DNA from: the human T2T-CHM13v2.0 reference genome, Homo sapiens
Reading direction: 5' to 3' (one strand)
NCBI RefSeq assembly: GCF_009914755.1
Contig: NC_060929.1
Length of the DNA stretch: 64,000 bases
The position numbers and the translations under genes are program-made. The notes under the pieces were generated by a model. That model was not told where the DNA came from. It searched no databases and worked only from the letters and a program-made list of their open reading frames with translations. Positions 15,673-32,070 of this stretch are shown one piece after another (position 1 is the first letter of the stretch; each line of letters starts with the position of its first letter).

Positions 15673-15860
15673 AGCAATGGTTCTTGAATTTGCCACATAT
15701 TATAAGCACCTGGGGGAGTTCCAATGAAAACTTCCGAAGGAAAACATTCCCAGACCAGTAAATTCAGAGTCTCTAGGGTAGAACCCAGGCATGAGGATTT
15801 TTTTAAAGCTCCCCAGGATTTCCAATGTGAAGCCAAGGTTGAAAATGCTGAGAACTACTG
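15673..15860. mobile_element. MER5-family hAT MITE
   Basis: gcaatggttctt..cacctggggg..aattcagagtctctaggg..ttttaaagctccccagg..gccaaggttg..gagaactactg. Confidence 0.7.
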
Positions 15861-16139
15861 TTTAGAGTAACCCATTGTGTCAAAGCCTAAATGACCTCAG
15901 AAAAAAGTTCACTTTTGCCTTGGCATTTTCTTTCTTCTTGAACTGATAGATACTAGGCTGTAGCTTGCTTATTGCATTTTATGTAACCCACTTAGAGTGC
16001 CTTTTTCTGGAGCACTTTGCTTGCTTCTAATTCAAAACTGGCAGCAGGGGAGTGGTGTGAGGGGAGGGTGGTCACTGCCAACTGCTTTACATGTCAAACA
16101 GTGGAAGATTCCATTGGGAGGTTAGGTGGGGAGCAGCAA

Positions 16140-16340
16140 CCTGGGCTCTAAAGAGAGATGTATCTCAATTTCTCTGCTTGACATTATTACCCTGGACAAG
16201 TCACTTAAAAGTCTTGGTTTCCATATTTGTAGAATGGGGTAAACGATGCCTGTTTGTGAGAAGTAAACTAAGTAACTTATGTGAAGTGTGTGGTACAGAG
16301 CAGATACTCCACGGAGGCATCTTCTACTTTACTATAATTA
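16140..16340 (+). mobile_element. MIR SINE
   Basis: ccctggacaagtcacttaa..ttggtttccatatttgtagaatgggg..tttgtgagaagtaaa core. Confidence 0.6.
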
Positions 16341-18828
16341 TCCTGCTAATTCAAGTGAATCCTGCCCTTCTTGAGGCCTTCCTTGCCAGGTTCTTCTCAT
16401 AACTGCCATGCTTCCTGGGGAATGAAGCCAAGGGGCTACTCTCCCCAACTCAGACAAAAGTCCTTGAAACTCTCCATTTCCTTTAACAGCAATTTCCCAC
16501 ACTGGACCGCTGAAGTCACATCTTGGCTTCATCCTAACAATTTTCAATTCTTCAGATTCTTTTGTCTCTTTCACTTTTTTTCCCCCATATCCTTAGACTT
16601 GCCATTTAAAAGTTGTCTTTGCTTCAAGATTTTTCCATACCGTTCCTCCCTGTTAGCTTCCTCTCCCTTTCTCCTTTCACTAGGCTCTCACAGACATAAA
16701 ATGGACACTAAAACTCTTTTTATTCAAGTTTTTTACTTCGGCTTTTACTTTAAAGGTTAAAGCTATAAACCCAATGAATATTTCATGTGGAACACTTTTC
16801 AGCCCTCATTCGCCGAGGTGGATGCAATAACTACCAGAAAGGCTGTAATAAAGTAAAATTGATAAAGATAACCAGACAGAACATATTAAAAGACACAAAT
16901 TTATGACTGCTTGATGAGGCAAAATGTTCTCGAAGAAGATTTGCAGGTTCCTTTTTCATTTCACCTTCCTTCATCTCCTTTCTCAGTGCTGTTTCGCATC
17001 ATCCTTTACTCCTCCAACCTCTACTGGCTTCCTTTTTTCTTTTTAAATCTGTAAGTCCCTATTCTAAATGCTTTCTCTTTTATTGATTTTGGAATAGGCT
17101 GGAAGCCGTGATCCACTGTGTCCCTCTCAGATGTCTCCTAATATCACAACCCTGGCCGCATTTTATGCAGCAGCTCTGCTTCTTTTCATTTCTCATTTTT
17201 CCCACAATTCTAGCCTGATGACGGCTGGAAAATCCCAGTAACAGGTAACACTTGGCCTCCTTTTCATATATATAGCAGAGTCTCCTGGGGGGAGTTTAAC
17301 TTAATCCTGGTGCCTTCCTCTTTTTGCCAACCCACCCATTCACCAAGGAGATGCCAGGTATAAATTTGTGAGGTGCCAGAGTGACTGACATTTAGATAGC
17401 AATGAGCTCATATTCACCATTTTAAAGAAAGCAGCATCATCAGCCTGCCTAATGCTATTGGGCCCATTAATCTTCTTGTTTCTAATTTAGCCATCTTTTC
17501 CCGTTTTCTCAGCTTCTTAATGTAGTTTGCAGCCTTCCTCAGACCACTGATATCTGTGTCTGTATCCACTGTTGTTTCTGCAAAATTCGGTTTCCATCAT
17601 AGCTTGTAAAGTAACATCTTCAATTCTCTTTCTCATAAAGTCAGTGAGACGTTAACCTTTCAGGTAACTGTTTTTAAATAATCTGTTTAAACTATTCTAT
17701 TAATAACTTAAAGATCTTTTGAATTGTGCTCTTTTTGTTTCGGTCTTTTTCCCTTTCTTTAGAGGACTGAAGCATGCATGCCATATACACAGCCTAAAAG
17801 CAGATTATCTTTAAGGTAATGCCTTTGGATAGCTGACAGCTGCTCAAATAGGTCCTAGTTCTGGCAATGTTCTCGAAATTCTTCAAGATTATAAATCTTC
17901 ACTATGTTCAATTTAAGTTGTTCTTGGGAAATTTTGGATAACACTTATCAAATATAACCTCTAAGAACCAGAGATGAATTAATCTACCCAGGCTTACTTG
18001 TCCCCAGAAATTTTATAAAATGCATTGCTCCTAGCGTACATAATACTAAATATATTCTCGATGTCTATGTGGTGCCAGAATTGTGGACAGTAGAGAGGAG
18101 CTGTAAAAGATCTCTGAACAGGAAATTCCAAGGTGTCAAGGGAAAAATTTCAGTTGGGAAATCATAACATCAACATAGTTGAATGTAGTGAAAATGCCAC
18201 CTATTTTATTTTAGTCCCAAATACTAAGTAATAAAGCACAGAGCTGGACACACAATAGAATCTTTAAAGAGTATGCAATAACTTGTTTTAATTTGGACAA
18301 TGATATTTCAGCTAAAATAAATATTGATGGGAAGGTTGGCATCAGTTAAGCTGTGATCATAATATAAAAATAGAATTGATTACAAATAAAAAAAATACAT
18401 TCAATGTCATCAAGTCCAGTCAGTGAAAAACCTAAACAAAATAAGAGAGCCCTTTATGCTAAAGACACAATAAGGGATAAAAACAGTGTTTCCAGGCTTG
18501 AAGAATGAAAGAGAGACAACAGAGTCTCACATGGTAAGCCCACCCCATCCTCTCCATCTCCATAGAGACTTGCTTGAAAATAACTGATCTAATTCAATAT
18601 GTTTACTTATGAATGAGGATACTAAGGCCTAAACAGTCTGTACACCTCACCCAAGGACACAGACCTTGTTAGCAGTGTAACATAAAGAAGAACTGAAGGC
18701 TTTCCATTTCTGGCCCACAGGGCTCTTAGTATATCATGTCTCCTTGTCAAAGAGACCTATTTTGGAAACCACACATTTACTACAAAAGAGGCAGTAGTGG
18801 AACATGTCAAGATTCTGCTCAAAATTGA

Positions 18829-20679
<1,851 letters not shown>

Positions 20680-21090
20680 CAAATGGGCTAGACGGCAGCC
20701 TATAGCTAACTCCCTGGTTTCATATGTGTGGGAACCTGTTACTGTGGCTATAGTAACAATGATGGAATTACATAAATTTGTTATGGGACCATTCAGCTGT
20801 GTTTAAGATAGGCAAGCTTTAAAGAGCCTGAGAAAGAATATTTTCAGATATATTCTATAACAATCACTGCCCTATAGCTATGACCTAGCCAGTGGTATGA
20901 GTTCAACAAATAAACAAATTTCTATAAACTATATATTTCCTGAGAGTGAGACTTTATCCTAAAGCCTCAGGAAGACATTAACAGGACAAATCATGGAAAA
21001 AAGACTATGAAAACTTATGTGTATCATTCATAATGATTAAAAGAATGACCCAATTAATCTGAACACCACTGAATTAAAAACCTACAACAT

Positions 21091-21398
<308 letters not shown>

Positions 21399-21424
21399 CT
21401 ACGATACTTCTAATTAATGTGCAT

Positions 21425-21773
21425 TGTCTTAGTCAGTTTGGGCTTCCATCATAAAATACCATAGACTGAGTGGTTCAAACTATAAAAATTTATTTTCTTA
21501 CAGTTTTGGAGGCTGCAAGTCCAAGATCCAAGTGCCAGAAGGGTCAAGTTCTGATGAGGGCCCTTCCTGGCTTACAGATGTCTGCCTTCTTGGTGTGTGC
21601 TCACATGACACAGAGGGAGAAGGAGCTCTCTGGTGTCTTCTTCTAATCCTATGATATCAGTTGCCATCTTCATGACTTCATTTAATGAGAATTACATCTT
21701 TAAAGGCTCTATATCAAAGTATAGACACAGTGACAGCTAGGGCTTCAACATATGAAGTTTGAGGGGACATATT
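21425..21773 (-). mobile_element. MLT1A0-like solo LTR
   Basis: tgtcttagtcagtttgggct..aaaataccatagactg..ttggaggctg..aagtccaagatc..gggcttcaacatatgaa..ggggaca. Confidence 0.85.
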
Positions 21774-23724
21774 AATGTTTCTCACTGAATATAAAACTTG
21801 GAATAAATGTCATAACAAGCCTTTTACATGTATTACAGTTATAAATTATTTTATGTATTACATAATTATATTGAAACCCATATTATAACTATATTTACAA
21901 TATGCATAATATAGGGGCAAAAGTCATTTTTCAAACATCATGTGGGAATAAACTATTTAGTACATGTGAATTTTTCAGATAAGTAAAAAGTACCATTATA
22001 AAAGTGGATGGATCTTTAATATGATAGACATTTAATAAAATTATTTGTAGCATGTTCACAAGTCTTATTTACAAGTTGTAGAGTATATTTTTAAAATAAT
22101 TCAAAATTATTTTCTGACAATGCAAGGCCATAATTTGGAAGATCAAGTTTTATACTTTAACAATAAAGAATGCAAAAAGGGTGTAAAACTGTTTCCCCCT
22201 GCTGATGGAGACCCCAGATTTAAGATCTCCACACTCAAAAATAAACAAACCCAGAGAAAAACAATTCTCATACTTCAAGATAACAGACCTTCTAATGTGT
22301 TGTTCTATACTATTATTTATTGGACAACCTATTATATTCAGTTGTTATGTTTCCTTTAACATTCAATTCTGAATCAGTAGAATGTGGCCTAAGAGCCTGA
22401 AGTTTCATCCCTGGGATTAGAATATGAAACCTGTAACTTTTAAATTTGTTGCTACATTTAACTTATTTATTTGTACTTTCCAAAAGTTTTGTCTCAAGTA
22501 TTAAAGTTACTGAAAGCCCAATCATATCTGAAGAGTCATTTTATTTAAAAGTAAAAGCTACTTTAAATTTAAAATATTCTTAAATTCAGTCTTTTTACTA
22601 AATGTACTGTATTCATCAGCATCAGTTGGGTTTAACTTAGCATTAAAAAAATGAATGGGAAGCATTATGTTAACATGATTATTATTATTGAAATATAATC
22701 ATGTAAATAACTCAGTTCCATTGGGAGTAGACTAAGTGCTCTTTTTAATGTATGTACTTCCTTTTCTCATAGACTGTACATATTTAAATGATTTAAACTA
22801 AATAAAAGCAAATGTTTTTTTATAATCACAAGAATTTAACTTAGCTTTTTCATTACAACAATGCCATTGTATATTTTTTCAATCTTTATTTTATTTTTAC
22901 TGAGCTAACATGGCTTTGCTAATTCTTTTAAAGTTATTTTGATATGTTTTTATTACAATATTCAAAGCTAAGCCTTAAATTGTATTTTGCATATATGATA
23001 TTCAATAATTTAAGTAAATTCAAGTATGTATTAATATATAATATATCTATTCATATTTTGGAGTTTAAGAACATACTTTTCCTTCCTTTTTGAAATTCAA
23101 TATGTATAATTCCAAGGAAATATAAATTGAAATAAAACTATTAGTTATTAATATTTAAGAAGAGATCAGTTTCAGGTAAACAAGAATTTATTTTAAAAGA
23201 GATTTGGCCTGTATTTATGTTGAGATTTGACTGAAACTTCTGATTTATTTTCTCTCAAGAATTGTACTAGTGTTTCATTAAAATGTCATTCTTGTTGAGT
23301 AAAGTTTGGCCTTAATTTTCACTCTGCCAACCCCAACCTGGTGAATCAAAGCACTTATATTCCAATATAATCACAAAGTAAGCTGTCACATAAACTTTAT
23401 GGACAGTGATTTAATGAAAAGGTAGTTTCTTTAAGATTATTTCATTGTCACAATCATTGGCAGAAGCAATATAGTATAGTAAAAAGGTTTAAACTTAAAT
23501 GTCAGAAATTTTGTTTCAACATCATTTGAAAATATGTATCAAGAGATAAAACAATTCATTTCTCTTGACAATATTTTCTCTTGAGGCCCTAATATTGAAT
23601 ATGAAAATATTAATATTAAAACCATATAAATCTTTTTACCCAAAGATAAGAATTGGAACATTATGTTATCAATGCCTGCAAAAATTCAATTTATTGATAG
23701 ATTACATCTTCATAAAAATGTGGT

Positions 23725-24257
23725 GTAAAGTCTAAAATTAAGGTCCAATATTATGTCTACCTTGATGTCTGGTGAAATCAGGAAGGCTTCAAATGTCATA
23801 ACCACAAGTCATCCTCCCCACTCTGCCTCCAGTGATAAGGTTCCAGATCCAAACCTCTTTATCAATCTCTTTATCTTTATTAAATCTCTTTATCAAGATG
23901 GGAGGAGGCTGGGTGTTGTTTCTGCCTAGCCTTGAGTAACTTTTCAGTTTCCCACCAGCCGCAGAAAATTATTCAAACAAGCAAGCCAATGACATCCTCC
24001 TGTGGGAACCAGGGGACACCTTCCCTCTTAATACTACAAAGTCCATCTCCCACAGTTCCTATTACTTATACCGTTCTTGATTGTAACCTTCACGTGGCCC
24101 TGCATGGCACAGTGTCCTCCTACCCTGGGCTCCGAGTTTAGGACACCAGTAAACTGCTACCAATCTCATCTGTCCAGGTTGGGTGCCATGTATTCAGCCA
24201 TCCCATAACCTGGATTCATCCCTCACCAATGGTGTGACTAGCAGGAGATTTAAAACA
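23725..24257 (+). mobile_element. Solo ERVL-class LTR, MER54-like
   Basis: TG...CA termini; tctaaaattaaggtccaatattatgt..tctggtgaaatc..tcctccccactctg; agtaaa polyA-like signal. Family name from memory. Confidence 0.65.
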
Positions 24258-27200
24258 AACAAACAAAAAAAAAAATTCGTATACACACACAAAAAAATTG
24301 TTGTTAAATGGGAAAAAGAAGTTATAATAATAGATTAAAATGCATGGCCAAAAATGTATACCAAATACATACTTAATATTTTTTAAAAAATATTTTTCAA
24401 AGAACTAGAAAGATGCAACTAATGTATTAATAGTAGTTTCCTCTACACAGTGGGATTCTGTACTTCTCCTACTTGCTTTACTTAACAATAATTTAAAATT
24501 TAATATATAAGAACACTTAAAAATAAGAAGCCAATTTTTTCCCCTAGCTAATAAAACTTGGACTGTTAAACTTGCTTTATTCCTCATTTTATTCTCCAAT
24601 GTGGGGTGTAATACTACCTTCCACAGTCATGGCTACATTCACTTCAGGGTACTTTGAGTCTATCTTATGAATTTTAAAAGGTTAGATAATGTAAGTCATT
24701 TTTGTTGTTAATTATTACAGTAAAAACAGAGTTCTTCCATTAACACAGCTAAAACTGGCTAGTTGCGTAAAAATAGTTTCCTGTCTTTCTCTGCCAGCTC
24801 TACAAAAAACACCACAGTCATAAGCTGACTTCAGTATGTCACTGCCCTCTCCCAACAACTCAGTGTGAACCTCTCCATGTTCAGGGCTCCCGGTTTTCTC
24901 TCAGACAACCCACAAAGGCTCTCACTTCACAATGCAGCTTTTCCCTTCTTCCTACTACTTCTCATCTCATAACAAAATGTACTGAATTTTATTCAAGGCC
25001 CTCTAGTTCCTTTTTTCTGCTTTTCATGATAGCAATCAGAAAATCACCCAAACCATCTTTATAATGGATTCAAATGTGTCAATGGCTTATCCAGCCTGGG
25101 TAAGACATGTGTGTTTTAACAATGCCTTCTTATAACCTTAACCCAAAGAAGTGACTCAAATGGAATTCATGTATTTTATTCTAAAATTATCATTGTATCT
25201 TGTTACTGATTACCTAATGACAGGGATTTGTGGCACCAAAGTTAATCAATGTGGCAAATAACTAAAGGTAGAAGGAACCTCCTTCTCCACCTTTGCCTAA
25301 TGTATGACTGGGTCCCTCAAGGAGAAAGTCATGGAGGAACTGTGAAAGAAGGCATTCCACAAACTGCCTGAGACAGACTGTCAAGTAAGGGGCTAAAGTG
25401 GCCAAACTTCTAAAATTATTACCATGTGTTATATTTTCCAAACACATTAAAAAATACATACTGGGGAAGGGAGTTTTAAAAAAATACTTCTGAGTATGTT
25501 AATTTAGTCACATACAAAAACATACAGTATTCTTAAAAGTAAATGAATTTATATTTTCATGTTCATTTTTGCTTGTTATTCTTTTATCTTGAAAAATGTC
25601 AGAAAGCTACACTTTTCAGGTAAGTTGCGACTGCTTCAGAACTGGAGCATACACTGTGATTATATGCTACACGGTCGACAGCTGAAGTAGAGAATGGCCA
25701 TTTATAATGCTATCGGCAACACGCTTCTTCCTTTGTGCTCGGAATTCAGGTGCTTGTATTCTGCCACAATTATTACTTGACATTTGCAATGGGCTGAGGT
25801 TTGGGTTATTTTTTTTTCAACTACTGATCATCAAAAGACTACACCAATGATAATTTTGAACATCTGAGGAGGTCTGTTTCCATCTTAATCATTTGATCTC
25901 ATGTAATTATAGGTTAATACTCTATGTAGAAAGGCTTTGGAAACTGGTTCAACACATTCACAGATGTACCTGCTCCATCATACTGGACAATATAACTCTG
26001 GAAAAGCAAGGTTAATAACGATAAATAGTTGACCAGAAGATAGTTTAAGTGATAATAAGCTGCTGAGTGAAACTAACTGAAGCAAAGGGGAGTTGGAAGA
26101 AAACAACAAAAAGCTGTGGGACCTATTTCAAAGCAAGCTACCACCAAATTGTTTTCTTCACTAAAATGAGACAGATACAGAAAGAAAAAAGCATATCATA
26201 ATTAAGCAAAATATGTGCCAAGTGATATATTACCTTCTTGCTTTTCTCTCCTTAATAGGTATTTGCTTTTGTATAGAGCTTGCAAATTAATTTCTTTCTG
26301 TTAGGAATAAAGGGTAGAAAGGGTCTCTTTTTCCCACATAAATACCACCAATTATCACTTATGTAGGCCAATAGGCCAGTGGCTATTTTTAGTATTGTTT
26401 TGGCTAATTTTCTTTTTGTAAAAATGTAAAAATTAACAGAAGTAACTTGGGAAGGCATGCAAATATTTAGATATTTGACTTAAAAAGAGTTCCAAGGGGC
26501 AAGGCCCATCTCATGAGATGGCCTCTGCCATCTGATTTATAGGGGTCCAGGCCGACCTCCTGACTCTTCATTTGCTGGTTCACAACACCAAACTCACCAC
26601 TTTGCCTTCTAGGAAAAGGCTTCCTAGAGTCCAGTGTCTCTAATATTAGGGGCATAAAGTCTTATCTGCAGATACTTTGGGCAGAATTATAATAGGTACC
26701 CTTAAATAGGATTTTTCACAGGATAGAAGCTCAGGAGAAAGGAGAGTATCTGGTAAGGAAAACGATGGGGGCTTGAAAGGGAAAGACGTTGACTGTATCA
26801 GTTACCTTTCACGGGTTTCTATCAATGCCTTGGATACAAGTTCAGACATAAATATTAAAGTCACACACACACATTTTTTGACACTAATTCCACAATTATT
26901 TTCTGATCACTAAGATCATATCAATTGGCTCACTTCAACCTCTAATAATAGATTTGCATTAGTAGTCAGCTCTAGGCATGATATTCATTAAGGCACAAAG
27001 ACCTGCTATTCTTTCCTAGGCTCAGGAACTGGGACCAATGTTAAAATGTTATCGTAGCCAGAAATGAGTCGACTTAAACTTATGTTAGACAACTCAATGA
27101 AAAAATCTGAACAATTATTTCCTTGTTAGTTTTCTTAGACCTGCAATAGCACTGGCATTTGGTATTGCTTTGTTAGGTATATATAGGTGCATCTAGTTGA

Positions 27201-28405
27201 GTTTTTTTTTGGAACAACTACCAATAACATCCTTTTCTAGATCAATACCACCCTTTTGTTATATCAATACTACTTTTTAAATATTCGTATAAAAATGGTC
27301 AGTACTGCCATATATTTTTGAGATAGGCTTCAGAGAAACTTTAAGTCTGTGTACACGCATTACAAGCTTCAATTAAATAATTTATATTTCCATCGATTCA
27401 CATGACAGAGCAACTAGCAAAGGCTGGAGGAGAAGTTCTCAGTGGAACAAAAATTTGGGTCTTAATGGCAAAGTCCAGAGTTTACACAGATCCCAAACCA
27501 TAATTCCAGTTCATGCTCATTATGGAAATTCTACATTTTTCTCACACCTCTGCACTTCCAGTTGTCTTTACCACTGAACATGGAAGTGCTCAAATACCAA
27601 AGGCATGATTCTTTCATGTTATTTATGGCCTGACCATGGCAGGAAGTACCAGAAACCTCATGAGGATTTCCTCCCTTGTGTTATTTTCAACTTTGTGTTC
27701 ATGCTGTAAAGGTCTAAATAGTTCACAAGCCTTTCTCAAAAGCAAATGAACCTGAATATTTTTTCAAAAGCAAATTGTAGGGGTCTTCATAGTTGCATTC
27801 TCTAAGTCCTGTGAGAAGCTAAGAAGATTGCATCCCAGAAAGCCAATCAAGATTTCCTGACCTATAAACTTAATTCAATAAAAATAGGTTAGCTTAGATT
27901 TAAAAAATCTGAGCCTTACTCAAAGTAAATCATGTAACTCACATATCTATGACCCAGGGACCCAAGCTGATACAGAGCACATAGCTAAGTATGCTAATCT
28001 CTTTTCTTATTTGGCTAGTCAGAGATTTCTTTAATTCTATCAAAAATACCACGTCATAAAGTTTCCTTTGAATGGAGGCTGTGGAAGAGTGGAACCAGGT
28101 TTCACCATTAGCAATCATAAAGGTACAACAACAAAAACTTGGCAAAATGATAAGTACAATAATTCTAACCAAGGCCACTGCTAGTGTTGAAGGGATGAAA
28201 TAGAACGGATACCTCCACTGGGAAAGATACATTGGAGAAACGATGCCCTTCCTCCAGATAAAGGCATTGGCATTTGAGGGCAGGTGACCTGGGGGGTGGC
28301 TCGGGCTGCAGAATCCCACCCTCACCTATCCCCTGACTCTGCTTTTGGACTCAACTACACAATCATAGCACAAGCTCTGCTTTTTACACACAGCCCAGAC
28401 CCTTA

Positions 28406-28873
28406 TTGTGCCAGACTCCTATTAACTTCAGTAGGGATGGCACCAGGTTCAAGAGTCCGAAAAAGAGACTCAGAAACAGCAAAGGATACACAGGGTTTTA
28501 CTAGCCTGAAACTTACATAGAGGGGCAGTCCAGTGGCAGTGTGATGGACAGGAGAACTGCAACCGCTTGAAAAAAGCATGCAGTTTATACAGCACCTTCA
28601 CTGAGCACCCTCCCCCAACAACCTCCACCTGGCAACGTTCATTAAACTCAAAACAAAGGGCCTCAATCCCCTGCATGGCTCTCATTCCATGCGATGGGCT
28701 GGGGTGGGGGAGAGGGGCTCAGATGTTTCTAATTGGTAAGGAATGACTCTCCAGGTTGGCTACTCACAGATTCCTTAGCTCGGAACGCTAAACCCTCATT
28801 CAGGTGCATCTGCCATACAGGGTCATTCTCAGGCTGTGCTTAAGTTATTGCTGTCAGGTATATTGACCATACA
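28406..28873 (-). mobile_element. LTR47-like solo ERVL LTR
   Basis: Reverse complement begins tgtatggt..cctgacagcaataacttaagca..cctgagaatgaccctgtatggcagatgcacctgaat; TG/CA termini. Confidence 0.8.
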
Positions 28874-28994
28874 AGGCTGTACAGAGATTTTTTTCTCTTA
28901 AAAACAAAAATTGCTATCCTTAACCTAATAAGCTATCTCTTGACACAAATATGAATTGCTCAACAAATCCCTCTACACAAACATGCATCCTCTA

Positions 28995-29195
28995 TGGTTC
29001 TCAAATACATATAAAGTCTGGAGAGATTTCCATTTGTCACAGCTGTGTATGAAGGATGTGCTATTGGTATCTAATTAGTAGAAGCGAGGGATGCTGCTCA
29101 ACAGCCTACACCCCCCAAACATACATAAATACACATGCACACCAAAAAATCATCCAGTCCATATGTCATCAGTCCCAAGCTTGAGAAAATCTGAT
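28995..29195. mobile_element. MER20-like hAT MITE
   Basis: tggttctcaa..gtctggagagatt..tgtcacagctg..gctattggtatcta..ggatgctgct..ttgagaaaatctg. Confidence 0.6.
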
Positions 29196-29354
29196 CTAAC
29201 TGAAGTCATGTAACAAATCAAATGTAAAAGAAAGTTTGTAGTAAAATAAGCAGTCTGTCACACCTGGGAAAAATGGACACAAGGTGACTTCGTTTAAATT
29301 TTAAATAACTATTCTTTCCTAGTATTTATCTTAAAGACACTGATATAACTATGG

Positions 29355-29965
29355 TCAATTAATTCACTCATTAAACCCCTCTTTACTGAGCAGCTCCTAT
29401 GTGTAAAGCACTGTGATAAACACAGAGGATAAAATGGTGAGAAAAACAGACACGGTTCCTCCACTGATAGAGCTTATAGTACAGCAAGAGACACTATTTA
29501 TCAATTCAGTGACTAGAGTTGTTTGCACTTCAAGTTTTTGTTCTTTACTTAATGTGTGTTTGCTTTGGCCTTACTGAATCCTAAGTACTGGGCTAAATGT
29601 GGCTGGGTGAAGTGCAGACCATACACCCTCTGCCTCCATAGAACTTATGAATAATGTGATATGACAGAGGTTACAGGATGCTTTGGTGGTACACGAAGTT
29701 TACCCCAGGCTTGGGGAATCAGGGGAGGCTGTCCAGAGATTGTGACATCTCATTAAGACCTGAAAAATGCATGCGAATTGGCCAGGTAAAAAAGACGGAG
29801 GAGTCAGGCAAGGTGGAAGAATTTCAGAGAACTGTCAGCACTTCAATGTCATTGAAGCATCAAGGAGCAAGCCTGACAGGTCAGCAGGGCCAGATCGTAA
29901 AAAGGTTATATAATATATGCAGATAATTGACTTTTCCCCAAGGACAATTGAAACTATTGAGCATA
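29355..29965 (-). mobile_element. L2 fragments
   Basis: ttcactcatt..tttactgagcagctcctatgtgtaaagcactgtg..gagcttatagt; gggaatcaggggaggct..agacctgaaaaatg..ttggccagg. Confidence 0.6.
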
Positions 29966-31959
29966 AATTTCTTTTTTGTTGTTGTTTTTTAGAGTTTTTC
30001 CATCTGAAACTTCATTTTGCAATCAAATAAAGTTACTTTTGTCTACTGTATTCCTACCTTAACCCCAATGCTAGAAATAAATAAACACAGAAAAGACATT
30101 TAGGATTGGTCAGAGTAGGTAAGTGTGGCTATTTCTATAAGAAAGTGGAGAAATGCCACAAACTAATTTTATTAGCCGTAGTACTGAAAACATTCAGTCT
30201 TTCAGAGACAAAAGGAAATATGACTTTTTTTAAAAGCTCACTTCTTCCCAAAACCTGCACATTTTTGTTGTAGATATAGATGAATTACTGCCAGATTCTA
30301 CTTAAAATGACAAATACACTCAGATAACTGTTGCCTGAGTATTTCAGTGTCATCCCTATGTTAGTAACATTTTTCTCCAGAGTGTCAGACATAACTCTTC
30401 ACTCAGTACTTGGGAAAAAAAAATTACAGGAAGTTTCAGAGGAACCAGGGCAGACAAAACAGTGATCCACTGCTCTTTAATTTCCATTCTCATTTTCCCA
30501 TTTTAAAAAGCAAAACATAAGTGAGCCTTCACGTTTTTGTTTCCAACATTTACTAACTTTTGCACATTAAAAATAAGAAAAGAAAAACTGCAAAATATGG
30601 GGGCAAATGGCTCACTAAGAGAGGTGAACAAAATTATTTATTTGTAAAGCCCACCAAACATTTTGTGGTTTGGGTTTGCAGGTGTTAACTTCCTCCCTAA
30701 ATATAATTTTCTGCTAATAATTATGCCTATTATGTAAAGGAAAAGTTTTTGTCTGAAGTAAAAATGAATACTAAGAATCAAAACAGTAATAGAAGTAAAC
30801 TTTATTGCTTGCTATTTGGTTACTTATTTTTATTCTACTCTCAAATTCAGTGAAAGATGATCTGGCATATTAGATTTTCTTGCCTATTTTAAAATAAAAG
30901 TTGTAGTTGATGGGCTTATACTTTCTTGGGCTAAGGATGCATACTGTGCACATATGAGAATACTTTCCATGGTATCCTTTTTGTGTGTCCATTATTCCTA
31001 AAGTAGCCACATGGAAAAATCACATTTATTCAGCTTGTAACAGACATGTATTGCACAACTACAACATGCAAGTCATGGTTATAGCTTCTGAGTTAGATTC
31101 AAATATGAATAAGCCATAATTCCTACCCTCAAGAAGCTCAGAGTTTACCAATTTAGGTAATAGATCTTACTGTCCAATAGGTTCCTGTGTCTTTCATTCA
31201 ACAGATCAGGAATAAAAAGATATTTAAGGGACAGAAATAAATTTTCTGGCCCAAAGTCACATACATGTAAAGAAAAAGAACAAAGAAGCGCAGGCCCCTT
31301 CAAAGCTTTAGAGGTTTCCCACAAAACCCACATTGCTTGACCTAGCAGCAACAATGACTAATGGAGGTAGTTAGTAAAACACTAGACATCCTGTCAGATC
31401 TTCCCTTTGGGTAAACTTCACAACAAACTTTAGAACAAGGCATGCTATTTGTTCAAGAGATCACTGGTGCTTTCCTGGAAGACACCAACGAGCTGGGCTG
31501 AAATGTTCATTTCCTCCTACTGGACTGTCCGGAAGCAGATCACTTGTCCTTCCCACGCACTGTTTAGCTGAAAAACAGCCGGGAACCTTGGCCTCACGGA
31601 CCCACACATAATTCCAGGACTGAGCATTGCACTCTTCATTTTTATTTTCAAGTTTTACATAATCCATTAAATATGTATTATAAGGTAAGGTAGCAATGTG
31701 TACTGCTCTTAGGGTTTCTCCAAGACTCCCCAAGAATGTCCATGCAGAGCAGATGGAAAATTCAAATTCACTGGGATCAAAGGACCTCCGCCTCTCAAAG
31801 ATCTTTCCATGGGACCCCTCCTACCATCCCCATTTAAAGATGCTCTTCCAGTATTTCCTTACCCCTTTTCCTGTTGCATTTCATTTTTTCTTCTTAATAT
31901 TTGTTGCTCTCTTACAGGCTATACAAAATGTCCTTCCTTTTCTTTACTGTATCGCCCGG

Positions 31960-32070
31960 CTAGAATATAAGCAGGACAGATTTCTGTGTCAGTATTGTTC
32001 ATTGCTGAATCCCCAGCATCTAGATTAGTTCCTCATCTCTAATAGTGCTCAGTAAATACTGTTTAATGAC
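31960..32070 (+). mobile_element. L2 3' end fragment
   Basis: ctagaatataagc..ttgttcattgctgaatccccagcatctaga..gtgctcagtaaatactgtttaatga. Confidence 0.6.

Noticed and set aside
18480-18540. 38-nt purine-rich segment between ttccAG and ATG|GTAAGC
   Set aside because: The acceptor pyrimidine tract is too short, and there is no other support.
21780-23720. Very AT-rich block with short AT palindromes (possible MAR or origin)
   Set aside because: No specific structure beyond base composition; such tracts are common in AT-rich isochores.
29970-30125. Good acceptor (ttttttAG at 29992) and donor (TAG|GTAAGT at 30118) bounding 126 nt
   Set aside because: Stops in all three frames and very AT-rich; most likely a pseudo-exon.
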